This document shows, piece after piece, positions 18,717 to 26,899 of a DNA stretch of 64,000 nucleotides (positions are counted from its first letter, which is position 1; every line of letters starts with the position of its first letter). Source of the stretch: an uncultured bacterium (GTDB lineage Bacteria; Chlamydiota; Chlamydiia; Chlamydiales; SM23-39); assembly GCA_964424735.1 (NCBI GenBank), contig CAYRJU010000006.1, forward strand, positions 2,158 through 66,157. Direction: 5' to 3'. Made by a program: the position numbers and the translations under genes. The notes under the pieces were generated by a model. It was not told the origin of the DNA and did no database searches. It saw nothing but the letters and a program-made list of their open reading frames with translations.

Positions 18717-19964
18717 ATGTTTAATTTAACAAACAAAATAAATCTAACACCTTCTTGTGAAAAACTAGTTGCGACGACCTGCGCGCTTGGCGGTGCTGCA
18801 GCGCTCACCACCTCTATTTTAGCGGCAAAATCGGTCATTACCATAGGCGTAGCCTCTCAAATATTTCCTATCATTGGGCTCATCATGGGGATCGCTCTGA
18901 TGGCTTTGGGATGCTATCTACTCTATGAGGCCTGGCAAAATAGCCCAGTAACCCTACCGACGACAAATGAGCCGACAAATGAGAAAAAAACGATCGAGCT
19001 TCTCTCACCGCCCGCTCGCCTCCCCCCATTACAAAAGGAAGAATTACCCGAACAAACCACCCTAGAACCCGATCCGTTAGCACTTACGGGAACAGACGCA
19101 ATCGTAACCGCTACCAATCTATGTCGAGGAGTCGCTGCATACGCAGCGCCAAAACTTCTTCTCCCGATCGGAGTTGGCGCAGAAGTGGCCCATTATTTGA
19201 GCCTTCCCAAAGATGCCCATTGGCTTCGCAAAACCCTCTCTCTTCCAGGCCTCCCCTTCCTCTTGAGCTATTGCCATCCAGGAATCCCTCTCCTCTTCCA
19301 ACTAGGTTCTCTCTATCATCTTGCATCACACACGGCGCCAAAAGTGTGGACTGCATGGAAAAAATGTACAGAAACGCCTGGAAAAGCGGCTCTCGCAGGC
19401 GCTGTCCACGCGTTCAATTTGATATCGAGTGGAGCTCTTACGGCAAAAAGCGCATGGGATCAATGGTCTCAACTGACTCCAGAACCTCCAGAACTTCCAG
19501 AACCTCCAGAACCCTGTGTTAATCCTGAAGAAATGATGTCATTAAAAGAATTGGCTACAAAATACCCTCAATGTCACCGGACCGTAGTAGCCAGAGCTTC
19601 TTCACCACTTGGACCGGACATGCGCGCACATTTCTTCTTTTGCAATCAAGAAAATGTATTCCCTCCTACGCCGGGAATAAAGGTCATTAGAGGAATCTCT
19701 CTCAATACCCAAGGCCCTGACACACTCTGTGGGCCCAATACACAGCTCTGTTTTCAGTGTAAGGGGGGAGAAGAATTGTCTTTGAAAACGCTGAATAGGA
19801 TCCATATGGATCAGGCATTAGAGGATGCCTCCCTTCCCAAAGAGACTAAAGAGCAAATTTTTAATGCGCTTCAATCTAAGGCAGATCAGCTCTCGGAGTA
19901 TCGATTTGCAACGAAGGTGTATGAGTACATCGATCAAGCCACAAGAGCTGCCACAACTTCCTGA
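18717..19964 (+). CDS. Inc-like membrane protein / putative T3SS substrate with PEPPEL repeat
   Basis: Long bilobed hydrophobic stretch 'TSILAAKSVITIGVASQIFPIIGLIMGIALMALGCYLLY' near the N-terminus. Pro-rich linker, 'TPEPPELPEPPEPC' repeat and a Cys-containing C-domain. AT-rich upstream region. Confidence 0.5.
   Translation: MFNLTNKINLTPSCEKLVATTCALGGAAALTTSILAAKSVITIGVASQIFPIIGLIMGIALMALGCYLLYEAWQNSPVTLPTTNEPTNEKKTIELLSPPARLPPLQKEELPEQTTLEPDPLALTGTDAIVTATNLCRGVAAYAAPKLLLPIGVGAEVAHYLSLPKDAHWLRKTLSLPGLPFLLSYCHPGIPLLFQLGSLYHLASHTAPKVWTAWKKCTETPGKAALAGAVHAFNLISSGALTAKSAWDQWSQLTPEPPELPEPPEPCVNPEEMMSLKELATKYPQCHRTVVARASSPLGPDMRAHFFFCNQENVFPPTPGIKVIRGISLNTQGPDTLCGPNTQLCFQCKGGEELSLKTLNRIHMDQALEDASLPKETKEQIFNALQSKADQLSEYRFATKVYEYIDQATRAATTS
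19479..19514 (+). repeat. 4 x 9-bp in-frame tandem repeat (ccagaacyt) encoding PEP/PEL units
   Basis: The sequence reads 'ccagaacct ccagaactt ccagaacct ccagaaccc', directly visible inside the 18717-19964 CDS. Confidence 0.9.
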
Positions 19965-19982
19965 AAATTAAAAATTTAACAA

Positions 19983-20046
19983 CGACTAAAATACGATATA
20001 TCGTAAAATAGTCGCGACTAAAATACGAACTATCGTAAAATGGTCG
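19983..20046. promoter_or_regulatory. Two tandem 32-bp quasi-palindromic repeats abutting the start codon of the DUF4143 ATPase gene (candidate operator)
   Basis: Unit 1 (19983-20014) is 'cgactaaaatacgatatatcgtaaaatagtcg'. Unit 2 (20015-20046) is 'cgactaaaatacgaactatcgtaaaatggtcg'. They match at 29 of 32 positions. Each unit has 'cgacta...tagtcg' outer arms and a 'tacgatatatcgta' core palindrome. The ATG lies at 20048. Confidence 0.6.
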
Positions 20047-20047
20047 T

Positions 20048-21253
20048 ATGAAGCGGATTTATCAGGAGTTATTGGCGCGTCACCTTTCCCAGCTCCGCCA
20101 AATGATTTTTTTGATGGGGCCAAGACAAGTGGGAAAAACCACTTTGAGCCGAGAAGTTGCAGAACAGAGCTCAAATCACTTCTATTTCAACTGGGATAAT
20201 CCAACTGAAAGGCTCTTATTCATTGAAGGGCCCCATGCGATTGCAAAACAGGTAGGTTTGGATACATTAAGCGAAGAGACGCCCATCTTAATCTTCGATG
20301 AAATCCACAAATTTGGAAAATGGAAAAACTTTCTCAAAGGTTTTTTTGACGCCTACGAAAAAAAAGCCAAAATCATCGTTACAGGAAGCGCTCGTCTCAA
20401 CATTTACAAAAAAGGAGGCGATAGCCTCATGGGGCGCTATTTCTATTACCGCATTCATCCTCTTTCGGTAGCTGAGATCGTCTCCCCTGTTCTGATCGAT
20501 CGGGAAATCCGAAATCCCACTCCTATTTCAGATGAAGATTGGAAGGCCCTTTTAGAACATGGCGGCTTTCCAGAGCCTTTTCTCCAGCGCTCCAAAGAAT
20601 TTTCCCGCCGCCTACGCGCGATTCGAAAAGATCAGCTTTTTCGAGAAGATATCCGGGACGGAACGAGAATCCAGGAACTTGCCCAGCTCGAACTCTTAGC
20701 CGATCTACTGAAGGCCCAAGCGGCTCAATCGATGGACTATCTCTCTTTATCCAAGAAAGTGGGAGTTGCGATCGACACCATTCGGCGCTGGATCGAAACT
20801 CTCAAATCTTTTTACTATTGCTTTGCCATTCAGCCCTGGTCCAAAAATATCAGTCGTTCGCTCCTTAAAGAACCTAAAATGTATCTTTGGGACTGGTCTT
20901 TGATCGAGGAGGAAGGGCACAGAAACGAAAATATCGTTGCCAGTCACCTGCTCAAAGCTGTTCACTTCTGGAATGATCGAGGCATGGGCGAATATGGCCT
21001 TTATTACCTCCGAACAAAAGACAAACTCGAAGTCGATTTTGTCGTGACGAAAGAGAAAAAACCCTGGTTTCTCGTCGAAGTCAAAACGAAGGCCAAAGGG
21101 CTCTCTTCTGCTCTCTTTCATTTTCAAGAAGAAACAAAAGCTCCTCATGCCTTTCAAGTCGCTTTCGATCTTCCTTTTGTGAAAAGAGACTGTTTTGAAG
21201 AAAAAGGTCCTCTCCTCGTTCCTGCACGAACGTTTCTCTCTCAATTAGTTTAA
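20048..21253 (+). CDS. AAA-family ATPase with C-terminal DUF4143 (PD-(D/E)xK-like) domain
   Basis: Walker A 'GPRQVGKTTL' and Walker B 'ILIFDEIHK' are present. The C-terminal 'LEVDFVV....WFLVEVK' is nuclease-fold-like. Confidence 0.8.
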   Translation: MKRIYQELLARHLSQLRQMIFLMGPRQVGKTTLSREVAEQSSNHFYFNWDNPTERLLFIEGPHAIAKQVGLDTLSEETPILIFDEIHKFGKWKNFLKGFFDAYEKKAKIIVTGSARLNIYKKGGDSLMGRYFYYRIHPLSVAEIVSPVLIDREIRNPTPISDEDWKALLEHGGFPEPFLQRSKEFSRRLRAIRKDQLFREDIRDGTRIQELAQLELLADLLKAQAAQSMDYLSLSKKVGVAIDTIRRWIETLKSFYYCFAIQPWSKNISRSLLKEPKMYLWDWSLIEEEGHRNENIVASHLLKAVHFWNDRGMGEYGLYYLRTKDKLEVDFVVTKEKKPWFLVEVKTKAKGLSSALFHFQEETKAPHAFQVAFDLPFVKRDCFEEKGPLLVPARTFLSQLV

Positions 21254-22216
21254 ACTTAGGGTGAGGAGATCTCTGCTGGTATCTTCAGTAAATGTAGTCC
21301 GAACAGCCCCAAATTCTTCTGCGAGAGTCTGAGCCATGGCATTGGCTCCAGGATTTTGCCGGCTAACCGTCGCCCTCAGTTCCGTGAAAGGCACGTAGGC
21401 CCAATCAATCTCGCTCTTGTTATTTAGATGCACAGTGGTCCCAGATATAGCTGCCCTTTGCTTTTCTTCGACATCTACAGGGACGAGATAGTTTCGCTCT
21501 TTCAATGCTCTCGCATAGATCACGGTCGCCCGAACGACTTCTGTACCAATGCCCGTTCTACCCTGACTGCCCTGAACCCCTCCTTGAGTGGCAAAAGAGG
21601 CATTCCAATAACCTGGATCCATGATAACGGCCATCTCAGACCATCCTTGAGTAGGCCCTCCGTAATCTCCATGACCCACAGCCGTGTGCCCGATGACTTG
21701 GTTAGTTTCCCGGTCCACCACTGCCAGAGCTGAGAAGGGATGGAACTTCCAACGTTCCAACCAACCATTGAAACGACCGGATATATTGGCGACGGGCCCT
21801 CCTCGATAATGCTGCATGGTAATAGCGCTAGCGAAGAGCTTTTGATAGGCCGGCAGATCTGCAGACTGGATGGGACGGATGAGGAGCCTTTTGGTCTGAA
21901 TTTCAGGACGGTGGCCATGCCAAGTGATGGAAATTTGAGAACCCTCGATTTGGTTAAACGCCTTTTGATGCGTGACTGAGTAATTGAGAAGGAGCGCACC
22001 GAGAGCAGCAGCAACCAAAGTAATGGGAAGTAGCAAAATGGCAAATGCCGCAACAAGGGTTCGTTTGAGAAGAGAGTCTGCGGGGAGTTCATGCACTCCT
22101 TTTTCGATGCGATACGCCCTTCCAAAAAGGGTCGAAAGTGGAAGGAGAAGCGCCTGGCCGATCCGATGTGTACAATCTGGGGATTGCATTTCAATATGGG
22201 ACAAAAATCGACTCAT
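21245..22216 (-). CDS. Membrane-anchored GNAT (RimJ/RimL-like) N-acetyltransferase-domain protein
   Basis: Hydrophobic segment 'LVAAFAILLLPITLVAAALGALLL'. It is followed by 'RLLIRPIQSADLPAYQKLF' and '..NQVIGHTAVGH..', typical of the Acetyltransf_3 domain. Confidence 0.6.
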   Translation of the reverse strand: MSRFLSHIEMQSPDCTHRIGQALLLPLSTLFGRAYRIEKGVHELPADSLLKRTLVAAFAILLLPITLVAAALGALLLNYSVTHQKAFNQIEGSQISITWHGHRPEIQTKRLLIRPIQSADLPAYQKLFASAITMQHYRGGPVANISGRFNGWLERWKFHPFSALAVVDRETNQVIGHTAVGHGDYGGPTQGWSEMAVIMDPGYWNASFATQGGVQGSQGRTGIGTEVVRATVIYARALKERNYLVPVDVEEKQRAAISGTTVHLNNKSEIDWAYVPFTELRATVSRQNPGANAMAQTLAEEFGAVRTTFTEDTSRDLLTLSLN

Positions 22217-22311
22217 GGCCTACCTCTTTCTTAAGTTTGAGAACAAAAAATTTTAACGGATTCGTAAAAAAAAACAAAGTTTTTTCGGGTGTGTGTTATA
22301 CTCCGATCCGT

Positions 22312-22492
22312 TATTAACCCGCTGGTCAAAAAAGAGACAATATGCGCCAGCGAGGCACTGCCAAATCGAAGGGGGCGGAGCCCCCCGGTCTGACCGAGGA
22401 GCACCATTGTCAAAAGACAAGGGCGACAATGAAGATCGATTTGGCATTGCCGCAGCCAGCAGATTGTCTCTTTTTTGACCAGCGGGTTAATA
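22312..22492. repeat. 181-bp palindromic MITE-like element with 30-bp perfect terminal inverted repeats
   Basis: The 22312-22341 arm 'tattaacccgctggtcaaaaaagagacaat' is the exact reverse complement of the 22463-22492 arm. A second-tier perfect pair 'tgccaaatcga'/'tcgatttggca' and small internal hairpins ('gggggcggagcccccc', 'cattgtc...gacaatg') lie inside. If the IR is taken as 28 bp, 'ta' dinucleotides flank it. Confidence 0.9.
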
Positions 22493-23454
22493 TGTCAAAG
22501 TCTCTTCCTAAAATCATCGTTCTTCTCCTCAACTGGAATGGAAAAAAAGACACGCTTGAATGCCTCTCTTCAATGGAAAAAGTGACGTATAGAAATTTTC
22601 AAACGATCATCGTCGATAATGGATCTAAAGACGATTCGGTGGTGAGCCTCAGGAAAGCTTACCCTCATATTCCCATTCTCGAAACGGGCGCCAATTTGGG
22701 GTTCGCAGGGGGCAATAACGTCGGCATCGAATGGGCACTACGCCATCATGCAGAATGGATCTTGCTCCTCAATAACGATACCGTGGTAGCTCCCGATTTT
22801 CTCGATGCTTTCATGAAGGCAGCCAAAGAAAAACCTGCCGCCAAGATTTTAGGAGCTAAAATCTTGCGCTATGACAAACCGCTAGTGATCGATCATTTGG
22901 GTGGATTTTGGAGGCCAGATCTCGGCGAATTTTATTCTCCCAACGCAGGGGAAGAAGATCATCCCTATCTCGAGATGCAAGAGGCAGATTATGTCTGCGG
23001 AGCGGCTCTTCTCATGCACCGATCGGTTCCCGAAGCCATCGGCCTTTTAGAGCCCAAATTTTTTCTCTATTGGGAAGAGAGCGATTTTTGCTACCGCGCA
23101 AAGAAAAAAGGCTTTGAAGTGTGGACGGCGCCAGAGACCAAAATTTGGCACAAAGTCTCTTCTTCCTTTATTGGAGGTAAGCCTCATATGCACTACTTTT
23201 GGTGGAGAAGTCGGCTTCTCTGGATCGAGCGCAACTGCACGCCCCAAGAGAAAAAAAATCTCTACCGAACGCTCATCCTCCCAGAGATTGCCAAACTCAT
23301 GCGACACTATCTTCTGAAATCATTTTTGCAACTCTTTTCTCCCAATAAAAAGAGAAAAGAGCAGATCCGCAAATTCAGAGCTGGTTTTGCGGGCATCTAC
23401 CATTTTTACAGAGGAAAATTTGGAAACTGTCCCGAATGGCTTCTCATCAAATAG
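22492..23454 (+). CDS. Glycosyltransferase family 2 (rhamnosyltransferase-like)
   Basis: The ATG at 22492 gives 'MSKSLPKIIVLLLNWNGKKDTLECL..IIVDNGSKDDS' (GT2 N-terminal fold), followed by 'LLNNDTVV'. The track start at 22342 reads through the palindromic element. Confidence 0.85.
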   Translation: MSKSLPKIIVLLLNWNGKKDTLECLSSMEKVTYRNFQTIIVDNGSKDDSVVSLRKAYPHIPILETGANLGFAGGNNVGIEWALRHHAEWILLLNNDTVVAPDFLDAFMKAAKEKPAAKILGAKILRYDKPLVIDHLGGFWRPDLGEFYSPNAGEEDHPYLEMQEADYVCGAALLMHRSVPEAIGLLEPKFFLYWEESDFCYRAKKKGFEVWTAPETKIWHKVSSSFIGGKPHMHYFWWRSRLLWIERNCTPQEKKNLYRTLILPEIAKLMRHYLLKSFLQLFSPNKKRKEQIRKFRAGFAGIYHFYRGKFGNCPEWLLIK

Positions 23455-23490
23455 TTTTCCGTGTATAACTATCTTAGGGTGTCAAAAGTT

Positions 23491-24354
23491 ATGAAAAAAT
23501 CGTTCTTTCTATTAACTCTACTCTTTTTCGCAAGTTGTACTTCAGATCAATCCATCGTCAGCAATGTCGATGAAAGAGATGCCAATGAGATTGTCGTCTT
23601 TCTCGCATCCAAAGGAATTTCGGCTCAAAAAGTGGAAGCCCCAAACTCAGGCGCCGCAGGAGCAGGAGCTCAGGTCATTCTCTTCAATATCTCTGTTTCA
23701 ACTGACCAATCCACCCAAGCCATGGCACTTCTCAATCGCTCTGGCCTGCCACGCAGACAAGGCACCAATCTCTTGACCCTTTTTGCAGGGGGGGGACTCG
23801 TCTCCTCAGATCGGGAAGAGACGATCCGCTACCAGGCAGGACTTGCCGAGGAACTCAGCAACACAATCCGAAAAATGGATGGGGTTCTCGATGCCAATGT
23901 GCAAATTTCTTTCCCTCCGACCGAAACCAATCCAGTACCCAATTCGCCCGTCCCTAAAACTACTGCAGCCGTCTATGTAAAACACCAGGGAATCATGGAA
24001 GATCCAAACAGCCATATGGAAGTGAAGATCAAAAGACTGCTTTCGGGAAGTGTTAATGGACTTGAGTTTGAAGATGTTGCAGTCATTTCCGATCGGGCAA
24101 GACTGGCAGATATCACCTTGCAGAGTGAGGGAGAGCCCATCGGACCTAAAATGATGAACCAGGCCTATGCGAAGATCTGGGGCATGGTGATGACCAAAGG
24201 TTCTCTTCAGCGCTTTCGCTTCATTTTCTTTCTCCTGATTTTTGTGATGATTCTCCTCACCGCAGCAGTGGGATGGCTCCTCTACAAATTCTATCCACTC
24301 ATGCGCAAGAAAGAGGAGACATCTTCTCCAGAAATCCCGCCACCAGGATTGTAA
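23491..24354 (+). CDS. sctJ: Type III secretion inner-membrane ring lipoprotein SctJ (CdsJ/YscJ)
   Basis: The ATG at 23491 gives the lipobox 'LLFFASCTS'. 'ERDANEIVVFLASKGISAQK' is the YscJ/PrgK family N-terminal motif. A C-terminal TM segment is present. Confidence 0.88.
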   Translation: MKKSFFLLTLLFFASCTSDQSIVSNVDERDANEIVVFLASKGISAQKVEAPNSGAAGAGAQVILFNISVSTDQSTQAMALLNRSGLPRRQGTNLLTLFAGGGLVSSDREETIRYQAGLAEELSNTIRKMDGVLDANVQISFPPTETNPVPNSPVPKTTAAVYVKHQGIMEDPNSHMEVKIKRLLSGSVNGLEFEDVAVISDRARLADITLQSEGEPIGPKMMNQAYAKIWGMVMTKGSLQRFRFIFFLLIFVMILLTAAVGWLLYKFYPLMRKKEETSSPEIPPPGL

Positions 24355-24357
24355 GCC

Positions 24358-25215
24358 TTGAAAAGAGCGACGCCTCCCTCTAGAGCTGCCCTCGTACTCA
24401 AGGCTTTTTTGAGCCGCTATGAACCAGAATCAAAAAAAGCCCTCGAGCGGTTTTTGCAAGCTGGAGAAAAAGAGGAACTCGAGACCCTTCCCCTCCTCGA
24501 AGAGGATCTCGATCTAGAGCGCTTTTCCAATGGAAATATTTTAGAAAGAGTCCACTGGTCTTGGTTTTTACCGACTCTCAAGCTCTATCCCGAGCCGGAA
24601 CAAAAATTATTTCTCTCGGCCCTCAGTTCCTACGCGGAAAAGAATTTGGCGAGAGCTCTCACTCTTTCTGCAGGCGGCAATGGAGTGAGCAGCGTGGGAA
24701 AGGCTTTTTTGAGGAAAGTGCTCCTCGACAGTCTCATCGGCCCCAAAGATCAAATGCTTCCCCTCTCCTATCTTCCAAAAACGCCTCTTCAAAAACTGCT
24801 CAATCTCACCAAAAAAGAGTTGACCCATCTGATTGACCGTCTCTCTTTATACGATCTCGCCATTGAACTCAGGCAAATTGTGGAGACAAAAATCCTGAAA
24901 AAAATCTACAGTCTCTTATCAGGTGAGGAGAGAAATATTTTGCAGACGATCAGCTCCCACAAAGAACCTTTCCAGTTGGGAAGGCTCAACTTAGAAAAGT
25001 GGGATGGCTCAGAGGAGTCTTTGAGAACACTCCTCCACAAAAAAGGGCTTGCCCGTTTTGGAGCGGGGCTCTCGGGGCAGGATCCAGACTTTATTTGGTA
25101 TATCTGCCATCAGCTCGATATTGGCCGAGGAAGCGCTCTTCATAAACTAGGCTTGAAAGAACCGATTCCCGGTGTAACTGAGGTCATTATTCACCAAATC
25201 GCAGAAAACTTATGA
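24358..25215 (+). CDS. T3SS-associated protein at the SctK position (CT560-like)
   Basis: 285 aa with a TTG start. It sits between sctJ and sctL exactly as CT560 does in C. trachomatis. The call is positional only. Confidence 0.5.
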   Translation: MKRATPPSRAALVLKAFLSRYEPESKKALERFLQAGEKEELETLPLLEEDLDLERFSNGNILERVHWSWFLPTLKLYPEPEQKLFLSALSSYAEKNLARALTLSAGGNGVSSVGKAFLRKVLLDSLIGPKDQMLPLSYLPKTPLQKLLNLTKKELTHLIDRLSLYDLAIELRQIVETKILKKIYSLLSGEERNILQTISSHKEPFQLGRLNLEKWDGSEESLRTLLHKKGLARFGAGLSGQDPDFIWYICHQLDIGRGSALHKLGLKEPIPGVTEVIIHQIAENL

Positions 25216-25838
25216 AAAAATTTTTCTCCTTGATTTCTGGCAAAGAGGTAAGGCTAGCGCCCGGCGAAAAAATCGTTCCCGCTAAAGAATTTGCCACCTT
25301 AGAAAGTGCCAGCGAAATTTTAAAGACGGTTAAAGCCGAAAGTTTTGCTTATCGCCAAGAGGTGGCTGTTGAGGCTGAAACGATCAAAGAAGGGGCTTTT
25401 CAAGAGGGCTTTCAAGAAGGGCTCATCTCGCTAAATAAACACCTCTTAGCTCTAGATGAAGAACTCAAAATTTTACGCGAAGAGGTGCAGAAAAAAATCT
25501 TGCCTTTAGCGCTGAAAGCTGCCCGAAAGATCATTGGAGAAGAGCTTCGTCTACATCCTGACCGAATTGTCGACATCGTGCTCACCTCTTTAAAACCGGT
25601 GACCCAACACCGAAAAATCATCATCTATGTCAATAAGGCAGATCTCGATCATTTAGAAGCGAGCAAGAGCAAAATCAAAAATCTCTTCGAGCATTTAGAA
25701 AACCTTTCCATTCAAGAAAGGAGCGAGATTGAACCGGGGGGTTGCATGATTGAGACCGAAGCAGGTATCATCAATGCACAGTTGGAAAATCAGTGGCGTG
25801 CTCTGGAAGCCGCTTTTGAATCGTTCATGAAAAGATAA
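25212..25838 (+). CDS. sctL: T3SS stator/ATPase regulator SctL (CdsL; FliH/YscL family)
   Basis: 208 aa. 'MKKFFSLI...' is followed by a coiled-coil N-half and a FliH-like C-half. The start overlaps the upstream stop (ATGA). Confidence 0.75.
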   Translation: MKKFFSLISGKEVRLAPGEKIVPAKEFATLESASEILKTVKAESFAYRQEVAVEAETIKEGAFQEGFQEGLISLNKHLLALDEELKILREEVQKKILPLALKAARKIIGEELRLHPDRIVDIVLTSLKPVTQHRKIIIYVNKADLDHLEASKSKIKNLFEHLENLSIQERSEIEPGGCMIETEAGIINAQLENQWRALEAAFESFMKR

Positions 25839-25840
25839 AT

Positions 25841-26623
25841 ATGTTGAAATACCTCTTCGTTTTGTTTTTTTGCCTCTCCCCCCTAATGGCACAAAATGCT
25901 CCTCAGCCCACAGCCGTTAAAACAGCTGCCGTTCCCACGGAAGTCCCTTCTGCAGCCAATCCTTCCATGGTCACAAAACTCGCTATTCTAGCGGGCCTAT
26001 CTCTCTTGCCGTTTGCAGTGATGCTCCTCACCTCCTACATGAAGATCATCGTCGTCCTATCTTTACTGCGTAATGCTCTTGGAGTGCAGCAGACGCCCCC
26101 GAACCAGGTGCTGAATGGCATTGCACTGCTCATCACCATTTACGTGATGTTTCCGACAGGGCTTCTCATGTACAAAGCCGCTGAAGGGACGATGAATGCC
26201 AATCCTCCGAAAGATGTGCTCTCTAATGAATCGGCCGCCTTTGTCGTCCGTGTGATCGATGAGGCCAAAGAGCCACTTCGCGAATTTCTTCTCCGCAACG
26301 TCTCGCCCAAACACACGCAGAGTTTTTACAATTTGGCGACCCGCATCTTTCCAGAGCCCTATAAATCCCAGCTCACCCAGAAAGATTTCATCGTCGTGAT
26401 CCCCTCTTTCATCACGAGCCAATTGAAAACGGCTTTTGAGATCGGCGTACTCATCTATCTGCCCTTTTTCGTGATCGATCTCGTCGTCTCAAACATCTTG
26501 CTCGCCATGGGGATGATGATGCTCTCTCCGCTCACCATCGCCTTGCCGATCAAACTCCTTCTCCTCGTCATGATCGATGGATGGACGGTACTCATTCAGG
26601 GACTTGCACTCTCATTTAGGTAA
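25841..26623 (+). CDS. sctR: T3SS export apparatus protein SctR (CdsR; FliP/YscR family)
   Basis: 'SYMKIIVVLSLLRNALGVQQTPPNQVLNGIALLIT' and 'FEIGVLIYLPFFVIDLVVSNILLAMGMMMLSP' are FliP-family signatures. Confidence 0.92.
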   Translation: MLKYLFVLFFCLSPLMAQNAPQPTAVKTAAVPTEVPSAANPSMVTKLAILAGLSLLPFAVMLLTSYMKIIVVLSLLRNALGVQQTPPNQVLNGIALLITIYVMFPTGLLMYKAAEGTMNANPPKDVLSNESAAFVVRVIDEAKEPLREFLLRNVSPKHTQSFYNLATRIFPEPYKSQLTQKDFIVVIPSFITSQLKTAFEIGVLIYLPFFVIDLVVSNILLAMGMMMLSPLTIALPIKLLLLVMIDGWTVLIQGLALSFR

Positions 26624-26626
26624 GAT

Positions 26627-26899
26627 ATGATCACAAACGAGATTTACAGTCTCAGCTATCAGGCGCTCATCCTCATCTTGATCCTCTCTGGTCCTCCGAT
26701 CATCATCAGCACTATTTTGGGACTCATCGTGGCGATCTTTCAGGCGGCGACCCAAATTCAGGAGCAGACGCTCTCTTTCACTGTCAAACTCTTTGCCGTA
26801 ATCTTTACGATCCTCTTTCTCGGGGGCTGGCTCGGAGCAACCGTCCTGCAATACGCGAATACCATTTTCACGACGATCGCAAGGGCGGGAGCTGGATGA
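26627..26899 (+). CDS. sctS: T3SS export apparatus protein SctS (CdsS; FliQ/YscS family)
   Basis: 90 aa with two TM segments. 'GLIVAIFQAATQIQEQTLSF' is FliQ-like. Confidence 0.9.
   Translation: MITNEIYSLSYQALILILILSGPPIIISTILGLIVAIFQAATQIQEQTLSFTVKLFAVIFTILFLGGWLGATVLQYANTIFTTIARAGAG

Noticed and set aside
19479-20046. Short tandem repeats (4 x 9 bp and 2 x 32 bp) considered as a possible CRISPR array
   Set aside because: There are only 2-4 contiguous units with no spacers, and no cas genes are in the window. The 9-bp repeat is in-frame coding sequence.
21520-22194. 224-aa ORF on the minus strand in another frame of the GNAT gene
   Set aside because: It overlaps the 323-aa GNAT-domain ORF on the same strand in a different frame. 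Only the 323-aa frame shows a recognisable domain.
22231-22491. Three 60-64-aa ORFs on both strands, plus the 5' extension of the GT2 ORF (22342 start)
   Set aside because: All are generated by the symmetric sequence of the 181-bp palindromic element. The GT2 homology begins at the ATG at 22492.
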